DNA of 64,000 bases from an uncultured Verrucomicrobiae bacterium (lineage in GTDB: Bacteria; Verrucomicrobiota; Verrucomicrobiia; Chthoniobacterales; JAFAMB01). The notes below the pieces were generated by a model, which was not told where the DNA came from, did no database searches, and worked only from the letters and a program-made list of their open reading frames with translations. The stretch lies in assembly GCA_963837955.1 (NCBI GenBank), contig CAWIPH010000002.1, forward strand, positions 4,480,001 to 4,544,000. The letters are read 5' to 3'. How positions within the stretch are numbered: position 1 is the stretch's first letter; every line of letters starts with the position of its first letter. A program made the translations under genes and the position numbers. Shown here one piece after another: positions 11,350 to 22,977 of the stretch.

Positions 11350-11949
11350 TCAATCAGACAGGATGGTCACGGTTATGCCACGCTCATAGATTTCAGTGCG
11401 GATCAGAGGTGTTCCGTTCACAACGCGTTCGATCGCTTGCGGCGTGGTCGCTCCGTTCTCTAACAGCCTCTCGAGACTCGCGCGGTTCGTTTTGTTGCTG
11501 AAGAACGAGTCAGATTGATCTTCCGGGTCGCGAATACCGTAGACATAGAAGTTGGCCCGATCTTGCCGGATGATTGCGGCTGCGCTTAGCAGCCGCTGGC
11601 CGTTGCTGTTGAAATGGTCTCGCACGCTAAGTCGCGCAACGTACGAGTCGACATAAGCTCCCATGTCTGGTCCTGCATGGAGGGGCTGCAGAGTCGCTCC
11701 GAGGAAGAGCGCGATCAAATAACAAAGGTGGCGTCTGCTTTTCGGGTTTACCCGGACGGAGGACCCGTCCCGTCGACGATCCCGGATCGACTTGGCGTCT
11801 GACGTAAGCACGATCCGATTGGCGAAAATCCGAGGCCCAGCAAAGCGTTTCACTAAAGATCGGAGGCTTTCACCCCAAGTGATCGCTATGAAAGTGAGTG
11901 CCGACATGCAGCGCGCGCCCCGAGAGGCTTTCTCACTCCCCGAACGCAC
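11350..11949 (-). CDS. Hypothetical exported protein (start probably further downstream)
   Basis: Signal-like segment LCYLIALFLGATLQPLHA, then a globular domain; 1 bp from the M15 gene. Confidence 0.55.
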   Translation of the reverse strand: MRSGSEKASRGARCMSALTFIAITWGESLRSLVKRFAGPRIFANRIVLTSDAKSIRDRRRDGSSVRVNPKSRRHLCYLIALFLGATLQPLHAGPDMGAYVDSYVARLSVRDHFNSNGQRLLSAAAIIRQDRANFYVYGIRDPEDQSDSFFSNKTNRASLERLLENGATTPQAIERVVNGTPLIRTEIYERGITVTILSD

Positions 11950-12176
11950 CGCTTTATGTTATCCTTCCGGACGAGCGATAAACGCAAGCCAATAATACAT
12001 CGCTGGAGTTGGACTCTTACGATGCGGACGGAGTAATCGATTGCCGATGTGTATCGGTAGCCGGCACCTGCTACCGATCACACCATCTTGAATCCGTCAG
12101 CAGAAGGCCGTGACACTCCGTGCCATGGTTCTACGGTACGAGTAGAGCTTCAACCCGCGGCTGCGCTAGACCTATC

Positions 12177-12551
12177 TTATGCCCCGGGGGCGCAGCCTTC
12201 CGGCCCGAACATTTGACGAACCTCGGTCTCGCCCTCCCAGCCCGGCCAATATTTGTTGTGAAGTTCCATGAAGTGGACCGCCGATTCGATCGCCTCTTCC
12301 TTCGATTTGTACTCAAACTGCGCATAACCGCCGATGACCTCCTTTGCCTCGGTGAAAGGCCCATCGATCACGGTCACCTTCCCCCCGGAGAGCCGGACAC
12401 GGGCACCCTGCGCAGTCGGCGCGAGCCCTCCGGTCCCGAGCATCCTGCCGGCTTTGGTCTCTTGTTCGGCCTCCTGCATAATAGCATCCATCAGCTCCTT
12501 AGGCGGCTGGCCCTGCTTCTCAGCGTGCTTAACTATCATCATGAATCGCAT
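12177..12551 (-). CDS. YciI/DGPF-family protein
   Basis: VIDGPFTEAKEVIGGY signature. Confidence 0.9.
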   Translation of the reverse strand: MRFMMIVKHAEKQGQPPKELMDAIMQEAEQETKAGRMLGTGGLAPTAQGARVRLSGGKVTVIDGPFTEAKEVIGGYAQFEYKSKEEAIESAVHFMELHNKYWPGWEGETEVRQMFGPEGCAPGA

Positions 12552-13012
12552 CGTTAGATTTCCTTATTAGTTTGGGTTGTGAGCCGAGTTTTTCGGACCA
12601 TCTCGAACGGCCGGACCTGGGCTCTAACCTCTGCGTCGAACGAGAGGTAGCAAAATCGACACGGAAAATGAACTTTTTTAGGCACACCCCAAAGACCTCA
12701 CGCAAAGACGCGTTACCCGGTAGGGCTGAGCTTCCGACTTCGCGAAGGTTGAAAATCGTATCACCACCCGGTGGATGCTTCGTCGGACACGCCTGCTCGG
12801 CCGGAATCATCTCACGCAAAGGCGCAAAGGTTTAAACGCCGGCAACGCCGGGAGCGCCGACAACGCCGGGAACGGACTGGCTTCTAAATTCTGTTAGCAC
12901 ACGCCGGAATGTTGAATGTTTAGACGTGACCCTATGGGAGACCGTTGCCACTGCTCACCGCTCCACCGCATCACCGCATCTGCTATCTGCTATGCGCTTC
13001 GCCCGTCATCTG

Positions 13013-13240
13013 TCATGCGCTTCGCCCGCGCAGACGTATAATGACCCGAGGGGAGAACAAGGCACCGAATGTCTTGCTCAGGTCCTCCGGCGGAAAGGGT
13101 AGCTTGCTGAAGTACTCGCGCGTGTGGTCCAAAGCCAGGAGCATCATGACCAATCCACGCAACACATCCACAGACATGATGCGGGTGGATCCGGTTGACG
13201 GAGATGAGGTCTCGATGGCTGCAATACGTTGCACATGCAT
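13013..13240 (-). pseudogene. 5' fragment of a DUF1624/HGSNAT-like membrane acyltransferase, truncated at a repeat
   Basis: RIMSVDVLRGLVMMLLALDHTREYF is the family N-terminal motif; the ORF stops after 75 aa in the repeat anchor (…GRSA*). Confidence 0.7.
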
Positions 13241-14352
13241 TGGAATTCATGAATAAGGCGGGTAATAAACATCGCAGTTTGAGAAGCCGCTCTTTTTTTG
13301 TCCCAGTTGCCGTAATCGCTGTCCAAGCCGTTGGCACGAGGGTCCGCCCGCATAGCAGTCTCACGCAAAGACGCCAAAGACCGGCTGAGCTCCGCTCGGC
13401 CGGAAATAACCTCACGCAAAGACGCCAAGACGCAAAGGGGGGAAGCGGACTTAGATCCAGAACTTAGAATTTAGAATAGTAGGCGCTGGCGAAGCGCATG
13501 ACTGGCGAAGCGGATGACAAATGACAAATGACCAATGACAAATGGTAGAACTGGCCCTGATTCCGGAATTTGGCAATCGTCCTCGTGCTCGTCGTCGTCG
13601 TCGAAAGGTCAAAGACTGAAGAAAAACCTCACGCAAAGACGCCAAGACGCAAAGGATGGGACCTAGAATCTAGAAGTTGGAATTTAGAAAAGCTATGCAC
13701 GGAGATACCGACAGATGGCGGGCGAAGTGCATGACAAATGACCGATGACAAATACGCCGAAGGCGTAACAGGACTCAGCCCAGGGCGGAGGTTTTGCGGA
13801 ACCCTGGGTTAGATCCCGAAAAGAGCGAACGCTCTGTAAGAGCGCAAGAAAAGGGCTGAGATCGCGGAAAACACGTGCACACGAAGTCCGCAAAGAAGAC
13901 TCTTTTTAAACAGAAGGTAGCAAAGGAAGCAAAGTTTGGACTACCGGCTGCTGAATTCCGGCTTCTCATCAATTTGTCATCTGTCATCTGTCATCTGTCA
14001 TCTGTCATTTGTCATTTGTCATTTGTCATGCGCTTCGCCCACTACCGCGGCGCCATATATTGGCCAAATCATGGATTCGTGCGCAGAAAAGGGGGTCGAA
14101 CTGGTGGTCAGATTGCTCCCCGCGGAACCGAGCAAAGACATCGGCTTCGCAATCATGAGTCACTTCCATTACTCTCCCGATATTCGCATCATAACCTGTC
14201 AACGATGGAAGAGGTTGCGAGTTATCTTCTGGAATAAACACAACGTATCGACGCGCTGTTTTGGGGGAACGGACTCGGTTGAAATAACTCCCCGGCAAAA
14301 AAGCTTTCAAGACGCTGGTTACTTTTGCAGAAATTGATGCCACAACTTCAAC

Positions 14353-15516
14353 ATGCTTAAGTTTACATCGCGTCGCCGAGCCTGGAGGCTTTTGCTCGTC
14401 GTTGCCGCAGCGGTCAGCGCTTTCGGCTGTGCCGAACTGCGAACGCCTTACACCGAATCGGAACTGCAAATCGCCGTGCCGATGGGAGTACCCGGGGTTC
14501 GTGCTTGGGTGGATGCGCCGCTCTCGGTATTGCGGACGCAGGTGGCCCAGTTACCGGCATTAAACGGAGCAGATGCCTTTTCCATCCTCGCCCTCTCCGG
14601 CGGAGGAGAACATGGAGCGTTCGGCGCCGGCCTCCTTTGCGGTTGGAGCGAAAACGGTCATCGCCCCACTTTCAGCATCGTAACGGGAATTTCGACCGGC
14701 GCACTGATGGCGCCTTTCGCTTTTTTGGGGTCCGCCTACGATCCGCGTCTCAAAGCGCTGTACACAGAGATGTCATTCCACGGCCTGCTTTCAGGTAGTC
14801 CTCTCACCGGCCTTTTTGGTGAAGGCCTCTACCATACTCGACCGCTCCAACGCGTCGTTGACCGGCAGGTCGACCAGGCAATGCTCCCGACATCGCCGCT
14901 GCCTATCGGCATGGGCGACGGCTCTTCGTGGTGACCACTAACCTCGATGCGCAGCGGCCGGTGCTGTGGAATATGGGAGCAATCGCCGCCAGCGGACGAC
15001 CCAACGCGCTGGAGTTATTTCGCAAGGTCCTGGTCGCTTCGGCGAGTATTCCGGGATATTCGATTCCGTCTTTATTGAGTCAGAGGCCAACGGACACCAT
15101 TTCAAGGAAATGCATCTCGATGGTGGTACAACTTTGGACGTGCTTCCCATGCCGCTCAAGCTTGCGGCGGCAGGCCGGCTCGATGCGGCGCGCCGGACGC
15201 CTGGGCAGCTCTACATCATCATTAACAACAATCTCGATCCGGCATTCGCGATGACTAAGCCGAAAACCTTGTCTATCACTGCTCGTGCGTTCAATACGCT
15301 CACAAAAGTGACATCTATGCTGCGATCTTGGACTCTTACCTGTTTGCGGGAAAGCAAGGCTTACAGTTCAATTTCGCCTACATTCCAAACAGCTTTAAGG
15401 TGAAAAGCATCGAGCTTATCGACCCGAATTATATGAGGGCGCTATTCGAGTTTGGCCGCGCTCAGGGCCGGCTTGGCGGCGACTGGGAGCATATTCCACC
15501 TCGTCTATACCGGTAA
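14353..15516 (+). CDS. Patatin-like phospholipase (lipoprotein), split by about 3 frameshifts
   Basis: LSGGGEHGAFGAG, GISTG and DGG motifs spread over ORFs 14353, 14928, 14966 and 15328; lipobox AFGC. Confidence 0.8.
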
Positions 15517-16348
15517 GGAGCATATCCCCGCCGGCTCCCAAACCCACAGACAACGCCGAGAGCGCCGACAACGCCGACATCGACTGGGGCCCTTAAGACG
15601 TGATTGGGTCGTGTCAAAACCAGCGCTTTGATGGGGGTCCCCCCGCGCACACTTACCATTTCGTGGATTACCGGCTAACCTGGTCGTACCAACATTTGAC
15701 GCTCCCGGATCCGATGTTTGCGACGCACCTTCAGCGCTAGGACCGCTCTTTTATTCTTGTTCCTGGGCTTCGCCCTAGGCTATCTTGAAGCACGGCTTCG
15801 CCGCTGAAAACCTGCCCGTCAAATTTGATCAAGCGAAGCCTGACAGGCCGCCAGTGTGGAGGCTTTGCGGAACCCTGGTTGAGTACAGAAAAGCGATCCC
15901 GCTTCGTCTTGTCCCACCATAGTCCGTCCCCTCAAAGCCGACGTGCTAACAAGTTCAGCGGCAGCGGACTTGTCCGACGAAGCCTTGTCCTCTGATCCAG
16001 TCATGGTTACCGGGTGGGCGAAGTCGGAACGACGTGACAGAACTCAACCCGAATGTTCTAAACGGACTATTTCAGCAGGCTCTTCCGGGGCTCCATTTGC
16101 TATTGGCTATTTCTAATGGGCTTCGCCCCCCTCTCCTCGCTACTAAATTCCAAATTCCAAATTCCAGATTCTAGATTCTAGAACGTTTCCTTTGACGCCG
16201 AATAAGTAGAGGCGTCCATTTCAGTGTCGCTCAGAGACCTTTGACTAAAGGTATTCTCCTGACCCCTCGCGCACGGATGTTCCTGGAGCCCGCGAAATCC
16301 CGCAGCAGGTCGTTAAGCGACGACCCTTCTAAACTTCGAGATCAGGTA

Positions 16349-17155
16349 ATGAAAACGCGGCTTGAGAATCAGATTGCTATAGTAACCGGATCAAGTTCCG
16401 GTAACGGACGAGCGATTGCACTCGCCCTTTCATCGTCAGGCGCGACGGTCGTCTGCGCCGATTTAAACAAAAAAGCTCGGCAGGAAGGCTATGAAGAGGA
16501 TATCGAAGTCGACACAGATGATGTGATCCAGCGTCGAGGAGGCAAAGCCGTTTACGTTCAAGCCGATGTCCGATCTGCCTCCCAAGTGCAAGGCCTGGTG
16601 ACACGTGCCGCCTCTGATTTTGGGCGGCTCGACATCATGGTTAACAACGCCGGGATATTTCCGGGACTTCATACGATACTTGATGAAAGCGAAGAGGTAT
16701 TCGACTCGGCGATGGCGGTGAACGCTAAGGGTGTCTGGCTTTGTTGCAAGTACGCGATCACGCAGATGCTAACCCAGGAGCCGCTCGAGACCGCCTCACG
16801 TGGCAAAATCGTGAACATAGCTTCGGTCGCAGCGCTGATCGGACTAGGCCACCATCCCGCTTACAGCGCATCAAAAGCTGCGGTGGTCAATTTAACGCGT
16901 CAGTTAGCAGTTACCTTTGGCCCCCAGCGGATCAATGTGAACGCCGTGTGTCCGGGACTTATCCCAACAGCGATGACTCGACCGACCAACCGAGAAACCG
17001 AGGAATGGCATAGGGGCGCTCTGCAAGGAACGCCCTGGCCGCACCTCGGCACTCCCCAAGACGTAGCTCATTGCGTGTTATTTCTCACCTCTCCGGAGGC
17101 GGAGTGGATCACAGGCACAATATTGTCTACCGACGGCGGCGTTTCAGCGATGTGA
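16349..17155 (+). CDS. Short-chain dehydrogenase/reductase
   Basis: TGSSSGNG, VNNAG and YSASK motifs; ATG at 16349. Confidence 0.92.
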   Translation: MKTRLENQIAIVTGSSSGNGRAIALALSSSGATVVCADLNKKARQEGYEEDIEVDTDDVIQRRGGKAVYVQADVRSASQVQGLVTRAASDFGRLDIMVNNAGIFPGLHTILDESEEVFDSAMAVNAKGVWLCCKYAITQMLTQEPLETASRGKIVNIASVAALIGLGHHPAYSASKAAVVNLTRQLAVTFGPQRINVNAVCPGLIPTAMTRPTNRETEEWHRGALQGTPWPHLGTPQDVAHCVLFLTSPEAEWITGTILSTDGGVSAM

Positions 17156-17929
17156 AAATTCCCGTTAAAACCTCACGCAAAGACACGGCCGAAATCATCT
17201 CACGCAAAGACGCCAAGACGCAAAGGATAGGAAGCGGACCTAGAATCTAAAAGTTGGAATTTAGAATAGGTAGGAAGGGGAAATTTGGGAATCGTTCTCG
17301 TGCTCGTCCTCGAAGGGTCAAAGACGGAAGAAAAATCTCACGCAAAGTCGCAAAGACGCGGAGCCGGATTTTTGAACAGGAGGTAACAGAGGAAACGGAG
17401 AAACCGTTCAGCTCAAGTCGAAGCCGGAAAAGCTCACGCAAAGTCGCAAAGTCGCAAAGACGGATGCTAAACAGAAGGTAACAGAGGAAACGAAGTTTGG
17501 ACTCACTCTGACTTCTGAACTTCCTGCTTCCGGATTTTGCAGCTTGGTACGCGACCTGTCCGACGAAGCCTTCCGTGACGGTCGAACATGGCTAATGCTT
17601 GGCGAACTTGGAAAGCTTAACAGGACTCAGCCCATGTCCTTCGTTATTTCAATAGGTCCTTCAGGCCTTCATTTGCTATCTGCTATTTGCTATTTGTCAT
17701 GCGCTTCGCCCGGAGGCTTTGCGAACCTGGGTCGGGGTGAAGTGTAACGGAACTCTCGGGGTAGCAAAAAGGTAAGAACCTTTGCCTCTAAGCACCACGA
17801 ATGTTGATGTTTAAGACTCGACCCTGGCAAATCCCTGCGATGATTGACCACATTTCCCAAAGCTGCCCAGAGGCTAGGCGCAGCATAGATTTGGTCAGTT
17901 AGTTTACAAGCGAAGAAAGCGTTGAGCGT

Positions 17930-18565
17930 CTATTGCGAGTCCAATGCGGGCGGCCGTTGCTTTCGCAACCAGGCTTTAGCGGAATCGGCCATCACAACCA
18001 GGGAAGCGCCCATCATTATAGCATCCTTGATTACCAGCCGTCCGGCCCCGCTCAAGAACGGAAAGCCGTGGTTGACGTCGCCGAGCGGAGGCACCCAGCA
18101 CGCCGGCGTTGTGACGAGAAAGGAGAGCGTTGCAAGCGACATCACGAATACCAAGAATCCACCCAGCGCTGCGACCTGCGGAAGCCATGGGTGGAGACAG
18201 AGCATCAATCCGTACAGCACGATCACTGCACCGAGGCCGTAAGCGAAAGCGTACGTCTGGTTTTTCTCATTCCATTCAACGTTTGCCGGCACGAGGGTTC
18301 CCTCAGGGTTCATATGCGCTTTGTAATGGCCGGGATCCGCGTAGAAGAAGCTCATGAGCGGGCTGTTCGCGACGAAAGGCACGATCCCCTGTGCCTCGTA
18401 TTTGAAGGCCTTCAGACCGCCGATCCAGAGAAGGACGACGATGAGACCGGTGCGGGTCACTATGACGCCGACGCGGTCCGCCCGTGCCGCGATTTCGAAG
18501 ATGCGCGTGATCATGCGGGGCACGGTTTTGAAAGTGGGCTCAGCGTGGGTGATAGTTTGGTTCAT
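17930..18565 (-). CDS. YkgB/RclC (DUF417) membrane protein
   Basis: LWIGGLKAFKYEAQGI and GFPFLSGAGRLVIKD motifs; likely start MNQTIT. Confidence 0.85.
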   Translation of the reverse strand: MNQTITHAEPTFKTVPRMITRIFEIAARADRVGVIVTRTGLIVVLLWIGGLKAFKYEAQGIVPFVANSPLMSFFYADPGHYKAHMNPEGTLVPANVEWNEKNQTYAFAYGLGAVIVLYGLMLCLHPWLPQVAALGGFLVFVMSLATLSFLVTTPACWVPPLGDVNHGFPFLSGAGRLVIKDAIMMGASLVVMADSAKAWLRKQRPPALDSQ

Positions 18566-18732
18566 AGGTATAGATGTTGATTTGCGATATCGAAAAATAT
18601 TCGAAATAGTTCTTTCACGGAATGGATGGACACCACGGATCCATGGACGAAAACGCCCGGGTCGTTCCAATACTTGTGAGATGGATTTGAAATCCGAAGA
18701 GCCGGTCAGAAGACCAAACAGAACTGGGGTGC

Positions 18733-19697
18733 ATGAAATCCGGAAGCCAGCCCGCCGCTTTGACATTGCTCGACCCGCGTGAGAGCCATATCGCTTTTCA
18801 GTTGCAGAATTTCACGCTTACTGCCGGATCTGTGTTCAGCGAACGATCTAACTATTTCAACGTCCGGTGGATCAAGACTGGATCTGGCGCCTGGGATTTG
18901 GATCTAGCGACCTTCTCCTTTTCTTCGCCGGCCCTCCTCTTCGCGGCTCCTTATCAGGATATCCTCTTGAGAAGTCAGGAACCGATCACCGGCGTCTGTA
19001 TTCGTTTTCATGCGGAGTTTCTTTGTATCGAAACTCACCATGAAGCGATCGGATGCAACGGTGTTCTGTTTAACAATGTTTACGGAGTGCCATTGACCCG
19101 TTTAGCGCCGGATGACGAGCCGGTTTTCGATGCAATCGTCGAGCAAATGCAAGCGGAATTAGGCTTGGGCGCCCTCGCCACCTCAGAGATACTGGTCTCG
19201 TATTTGAAAATCTTCTTGATCAAAGCAACTCGTCTGAAAATAAGCCAGGACGCGTACGCTACAGAGAGTCTCGCCCCCCGCATACCGCCGATACTCGATC
19301 GGTTGAAAGCGTTGATCGAGCAACACTATCGATCGAAGCATCGTCCCGCTGACTATGCAAAAATGGTGGGAATGAATCCCCGGGCACTCGGCAAGCTAAG
19401 CAGGACGTACTTTCACAAAACCCTGACCGAGCTCATTCGGGAAAGGATCTTAAAACACGCAAAATGGCAGTTGCTCATACTTTGCGACCCGTAAAAGAGG
19501 TCGCTTACGAAGTCGGATTCGATGACGAATTCTATTTCAGTCGTCTTTTCAAGTCTTCCACAGGGTGTTCGCCGCAATTCTATCGAGAATACGAAACAGA
19601 GATTCGCGGCGGAAAAAATCTATTGCCGGTAGACAAACTGGAATCGATGCGCCGAAAGCATGCCGCGCTGAATCGGTGGGAAAACGAGCCGATATAA
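18733..19697 (+). CDS. AraC-family regulator divergent from the RclC-like gene (frameshift near 19475)
   Basis: C-terminal HTH ([21 protein letters not shown]) continues in ORF 19464..19697. Confidence 0.85.
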
Positions 19698-19781
19698 GGA
19701 CACGTAGCGTCCGAGTCGGCGATGCGTGCTCTTGTTGGTTGTCGACCTGAGCAAAGAGTTGGCGATCTTTTAGCGATTACC

Positions 19782-19894
19782 CTATTTTAACGTGGATCGT
19801 AGCCGGAGAGCATTACTTACGACCGACAAGGAACTAAAGCTCATTGCAGCGCCCGTGATCATGGGTTCAGCAAAAGTCCGATGAACGGATAAAG
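19782..19894 (-). pseudogene. 3' remnant of a copper-type P1B ATPase (CopA-like)
   Basis: Manual translation with one indel gives [37 protein letters not shown], the typical last transmembrane helix of P1B-1 ATPases; not in the ORF track. Confidence 0.75.
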
Positions 19895-19903
19895 GGGCCG
19901 TTG

Positions 19904-20100
19904 AAAGGGTCAGTCAACAATTATTGACAGATCGGACCCAATCTCGGAACTCGGCCATCCTTTTGCCAGCTTAGTATTGGCGTCGATCCGCCGGATTTGC
20001 TGGCGGACATTGGCGGCGTGCGCAGGCCAAGATGTTCACTAGTCTCTCGCTCTTCTGGGTTTCGCGTCTCTTTGTCAAGAATTGTTGACTGACCCCTTTT
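19904..20100. repeat. Inverted pair of GGGTCA-type REP-like ends
   Basis: AAAGGGTCAGTCAACAATTATTGACA (19904-19929) versus TGTCAAGAATTGTTGACTGACCCC (20073-20096). Confidence 0.8.
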
Positions 20101-20750
20101 CCTGACCCTCTTAACACGGCCGGGAATAATCTCACGCAAAGTCGCAAAGACGCGGAGCCGGATTTTTGAACAGGAGGTAACAATAAAAATAGAGAAACCG
20201 TTCAGCTCAAGTCGAAGCCGGAAAAGCTCACGCAAAGACGCGTTGCCCGGTAGGGCTGAGCTCCCGCTCGGCCGGAATTTCTCACGCAAAGACGCGAAGA
20301 CGCAAAGTAGGAAGTGATTGGTGATTGGTAAACGGTGAACGGAGCGACCTGCGGTATAGATCGTCCATCTGCTATCTTGCTATCTGCTGATTTGCTATAT
20401 GACATGCGCTTCAGCCCAGGTGGAGGCTTTGCGGAACCCTGGGTCAGGGTGAAGTGTAACGGAACCCTCGGGGTAGCAAAGGTAAGAATCTCTGCGCTCT
20501 TTGTGTTCCTTGGCCGACGAAGCTTTCGCTGTAGTTGGAAGTCTAAGAAAAAAGTCAGCGAACTTGGAATCTTGGCGAAGTCTGCTTTCGCGGCTATTCA
20601 CTGTTTCAGACGTGACCCCATTTTGGATGATCTACCGCACGTCGCTCCGTTCTCCAATCACCAATCACCCCTCACTTCCTCCGTTTGCGTCTTGGCGTCT
20701 TTGCGTGAGATCATTCCGGCAGGCGTCTTTGCGTGAGATTCTTTGCCTTC

Positions 20751-21242
20751 CTAACGAACGCTCGCGAAGGTGTTCACGACGGTGAGATCGAAGGTGGCGT
20801 CGACTTTAGCCCCATCGGCCGAACTATCATCGATTTGCAATTTACCGACGAGGTGGTTCGGCTCACTGGTGGTGAGCGTGAAGGCTTCGCCGTTGGTGGC
20901 GCCGGAGTATTGCAGCTTTTCGCCATTTAACCGGACTGCGTAGTCGAGGTGTCTGGCATCACTGAAGTCGACCATCGCGCCGTCCCCGAGTGCGCTGTCG
21001 GCGCAGGAAAGGGTTTTGCATGCTTTGATCTTTGCGCCGACGTCGACGCTCGACAGGTAAATCCGCAGCACGGTCTTGCTCGGATCCATCTCATCCGGGC
21101 CGCGTACTAACCATCCGTATTTCACCGAGCACTTGCCGGTCTTGAATGCAATCGTTCCGCTCGCGCTACCGTCCGCAAGCGCCAGGGAAGATGTGGTCAG
21201 CCAGATCACTGACAGAACCAGAACATTTCGGAGCACTATCAT
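20751..21242 (-). CDS. Secreted hypothetical protein
   Basis: Signal peptide MIVLRNVLVLSVIWLTTSSLALA; non-repetitive sequence. Confidence 0.6.
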   Translation of the reverse strand: MIVLRNVLVLSVIWLTTSSLALADGSASGTIAFKTGKCSVKYGWLVRGPDEMDPSKTVLRIYLSSVDVGAKIKACKTLSCADSALGDGAMVDFSDARHLDYAVRLNGEKLQYSGATNGEAFTLTTSEPNHLVGKLQIDDSSADGAKVDATFDLTVVNTFASVR

Positions 21243-21880
21243 TTGATTAGCGTAAGTTTTTTCTGCCAATCACGTCAAGCGCAGTCGCCATACCTAACGG
21301 TCTGTCTAATCTCACGCAAAGACGCCAAGACGCAAAGGGAGGAAGTGAGAGGTGATTGATGAACGGAGCGACGTCCAGCGAAGCGCATGACAGATGACAG
21401 ACAAAGCGCATAGCAGATAGCAAATAGCCAAGTGATCCAGGAGACAGAGGTGGGCTGAACGTGATCTCGCGCAAAAACGCCGAGTTCCGTCCGCCAATCA
21501 CCGCCCCCGCTCCCTCAAAGCGAATATGCTCACCGAGTTTGGCAACGACGGAGCGGCTAGCAAAGGTAAGAACTCAGCGTCCAGGCGGTGGAGGCATTGC
21601 GGAGACAAATGGTCAGAGGAGAAATGTAACGGGTAACCCTGAGCCGGAGGTAGCAAAGTTTGCAAAGGGTAAGTACATTCACTCTGCGGTTCCGCAAAGC
21701 CTCGGCGAAGCGCATGACAAATAGCAAATAGCAGATAGCAAATGAAGCCCTGACAGACCTGTTGAAAAACCAGATGGAACATGGGCTGAGCCCTGTCGCT
21801 GGCGTTTCTCATCAATTTGTCATTTGTCATCTGTCATCTGTCATTGCTTCCCCGCTCTGCTATCTGCTATCTGCTATCTG

Positions 21881-22294
21881 CTATGCGCTTCGCAGCGGAA
21901 TGAGTGCCTGCAGTCGCTCTTCGCGCAGGTAAAGTCCGCCCCACAGCAACACCGCGATGTAGACCGGGAAGAGCGCGTGCGAGAAGAGCGGATCGCCAAC
22001 GCGCACGTGCGTAGCGACGGCACCGCCTAGATAACCGGTTAAAAGGATCGCACCGAGAACGGCAGTACGCGGAATGACATAGAGGATGACGCAAACCAGC
22101 ACGACGATCCCGAGACCAATAATAACGTTCTCGGGATATCCGAGCTGAAGCGTTGCTTTCACGACAAACTCGGGTTTCATCAATTTCATGACCCCGTCCA
22201 TAAGCAGGAATAGCACGGGCAGCCCACTCATGATGCGACCGGCCCAAAGTCTCCCCTTCGAGACGGGAGCCATTTCATTATTTTTTGTGCTCAT
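21881..22294 (-). CDS. DoxX-family membrane protein
   Basis: LLMDGVMKL and LGAILLTGYLGGAVATHVRVG motifs. Confidence 0.88.
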   Translation of the reverse strand: MSTKNNEMAPVSKGRLWAGRIMSGLPVLFLLMDGVMKLMKPEFVVKATLQLGYPENVIIGLGIVVLVCVILYVIPRTAVLGAILLTGYLGGAVATHVRVGDPLFSHALFPVYIAVLLWGGLYLREERLQALIPLRSA

Positions 22295-22913
22295 ATTTAA
22301 GTGTTTTCGTTGCGATGTTTCAGGCATACAACGAACAAGGCAGAGTATTTAGGACATCGCTGGCGAAGCGCATGACCGGCGAAGCGCATGACCGGCGAAG
22401 CGCACAGCAGATAGCAGATAGCAGATAGCAAATGAAGGCCTGACGGACCTGTTGAACAGCCAGATGGGACATGGGCTGAGTCCTGTTACGCCGTTCCGAC
22501 TTCGCCCACGCGGTAAACATGACTGGATCACAGGACAAGGCTTCGTCGGACAAGTCCGCCGCCGCCAAACTCGTGAGTATATTCGCTTTGAGGAGACGGG
22601 CTATGGCGGACAAGTCGGCGTATTTGTCATCTGTCATTCGTCATCTCTCATCACCTTGGCTATTTGCTATCTGCTAGTCTGCTATGCGCTTCGCCTGTCA
22701 TCTGTCATGACGCCTTCGCCTACGCCGACCGATTCTAAATTCTACTGTCCCATCTTTGCGTCTTGGCGTCTTTGCGTGAGGTTATTTCCGGCCGAGCGGG
22801 CGTGTCCGACGAAGCATCCACCAGGTGATGATACGATTTCCGACTAACTTCGCGAAGTCGGAAGCTCAGCCCTACCGGTCTTGGCGACTTTGCGTAAGAT
22901 TTTAAATTCTGAG

Positions 22914-22944
22914 TGAAAACGCGCCGGCGGGCGGCGCGTTTTCA
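22914..22944. terminator. Possible intrinsic terminator hairpin
   Basis: 13-bp stem TGAAAACGCGCCG / CGGCGCGTTTTCA about 35 bp downstream of the glycosidase stop. Confidence 0.5.
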
Positions 22945-22977
22945 TCGCCTGTTATCTCTCAGATTGGAATTGCAGCA

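Noticed and set aside
13936..14469. Overlapping ORFs upstream of the patatin gene
   Set aside because: No recognisable motif in any frame, and they are partly made of repeats; a gene fragment cannot be excluded.
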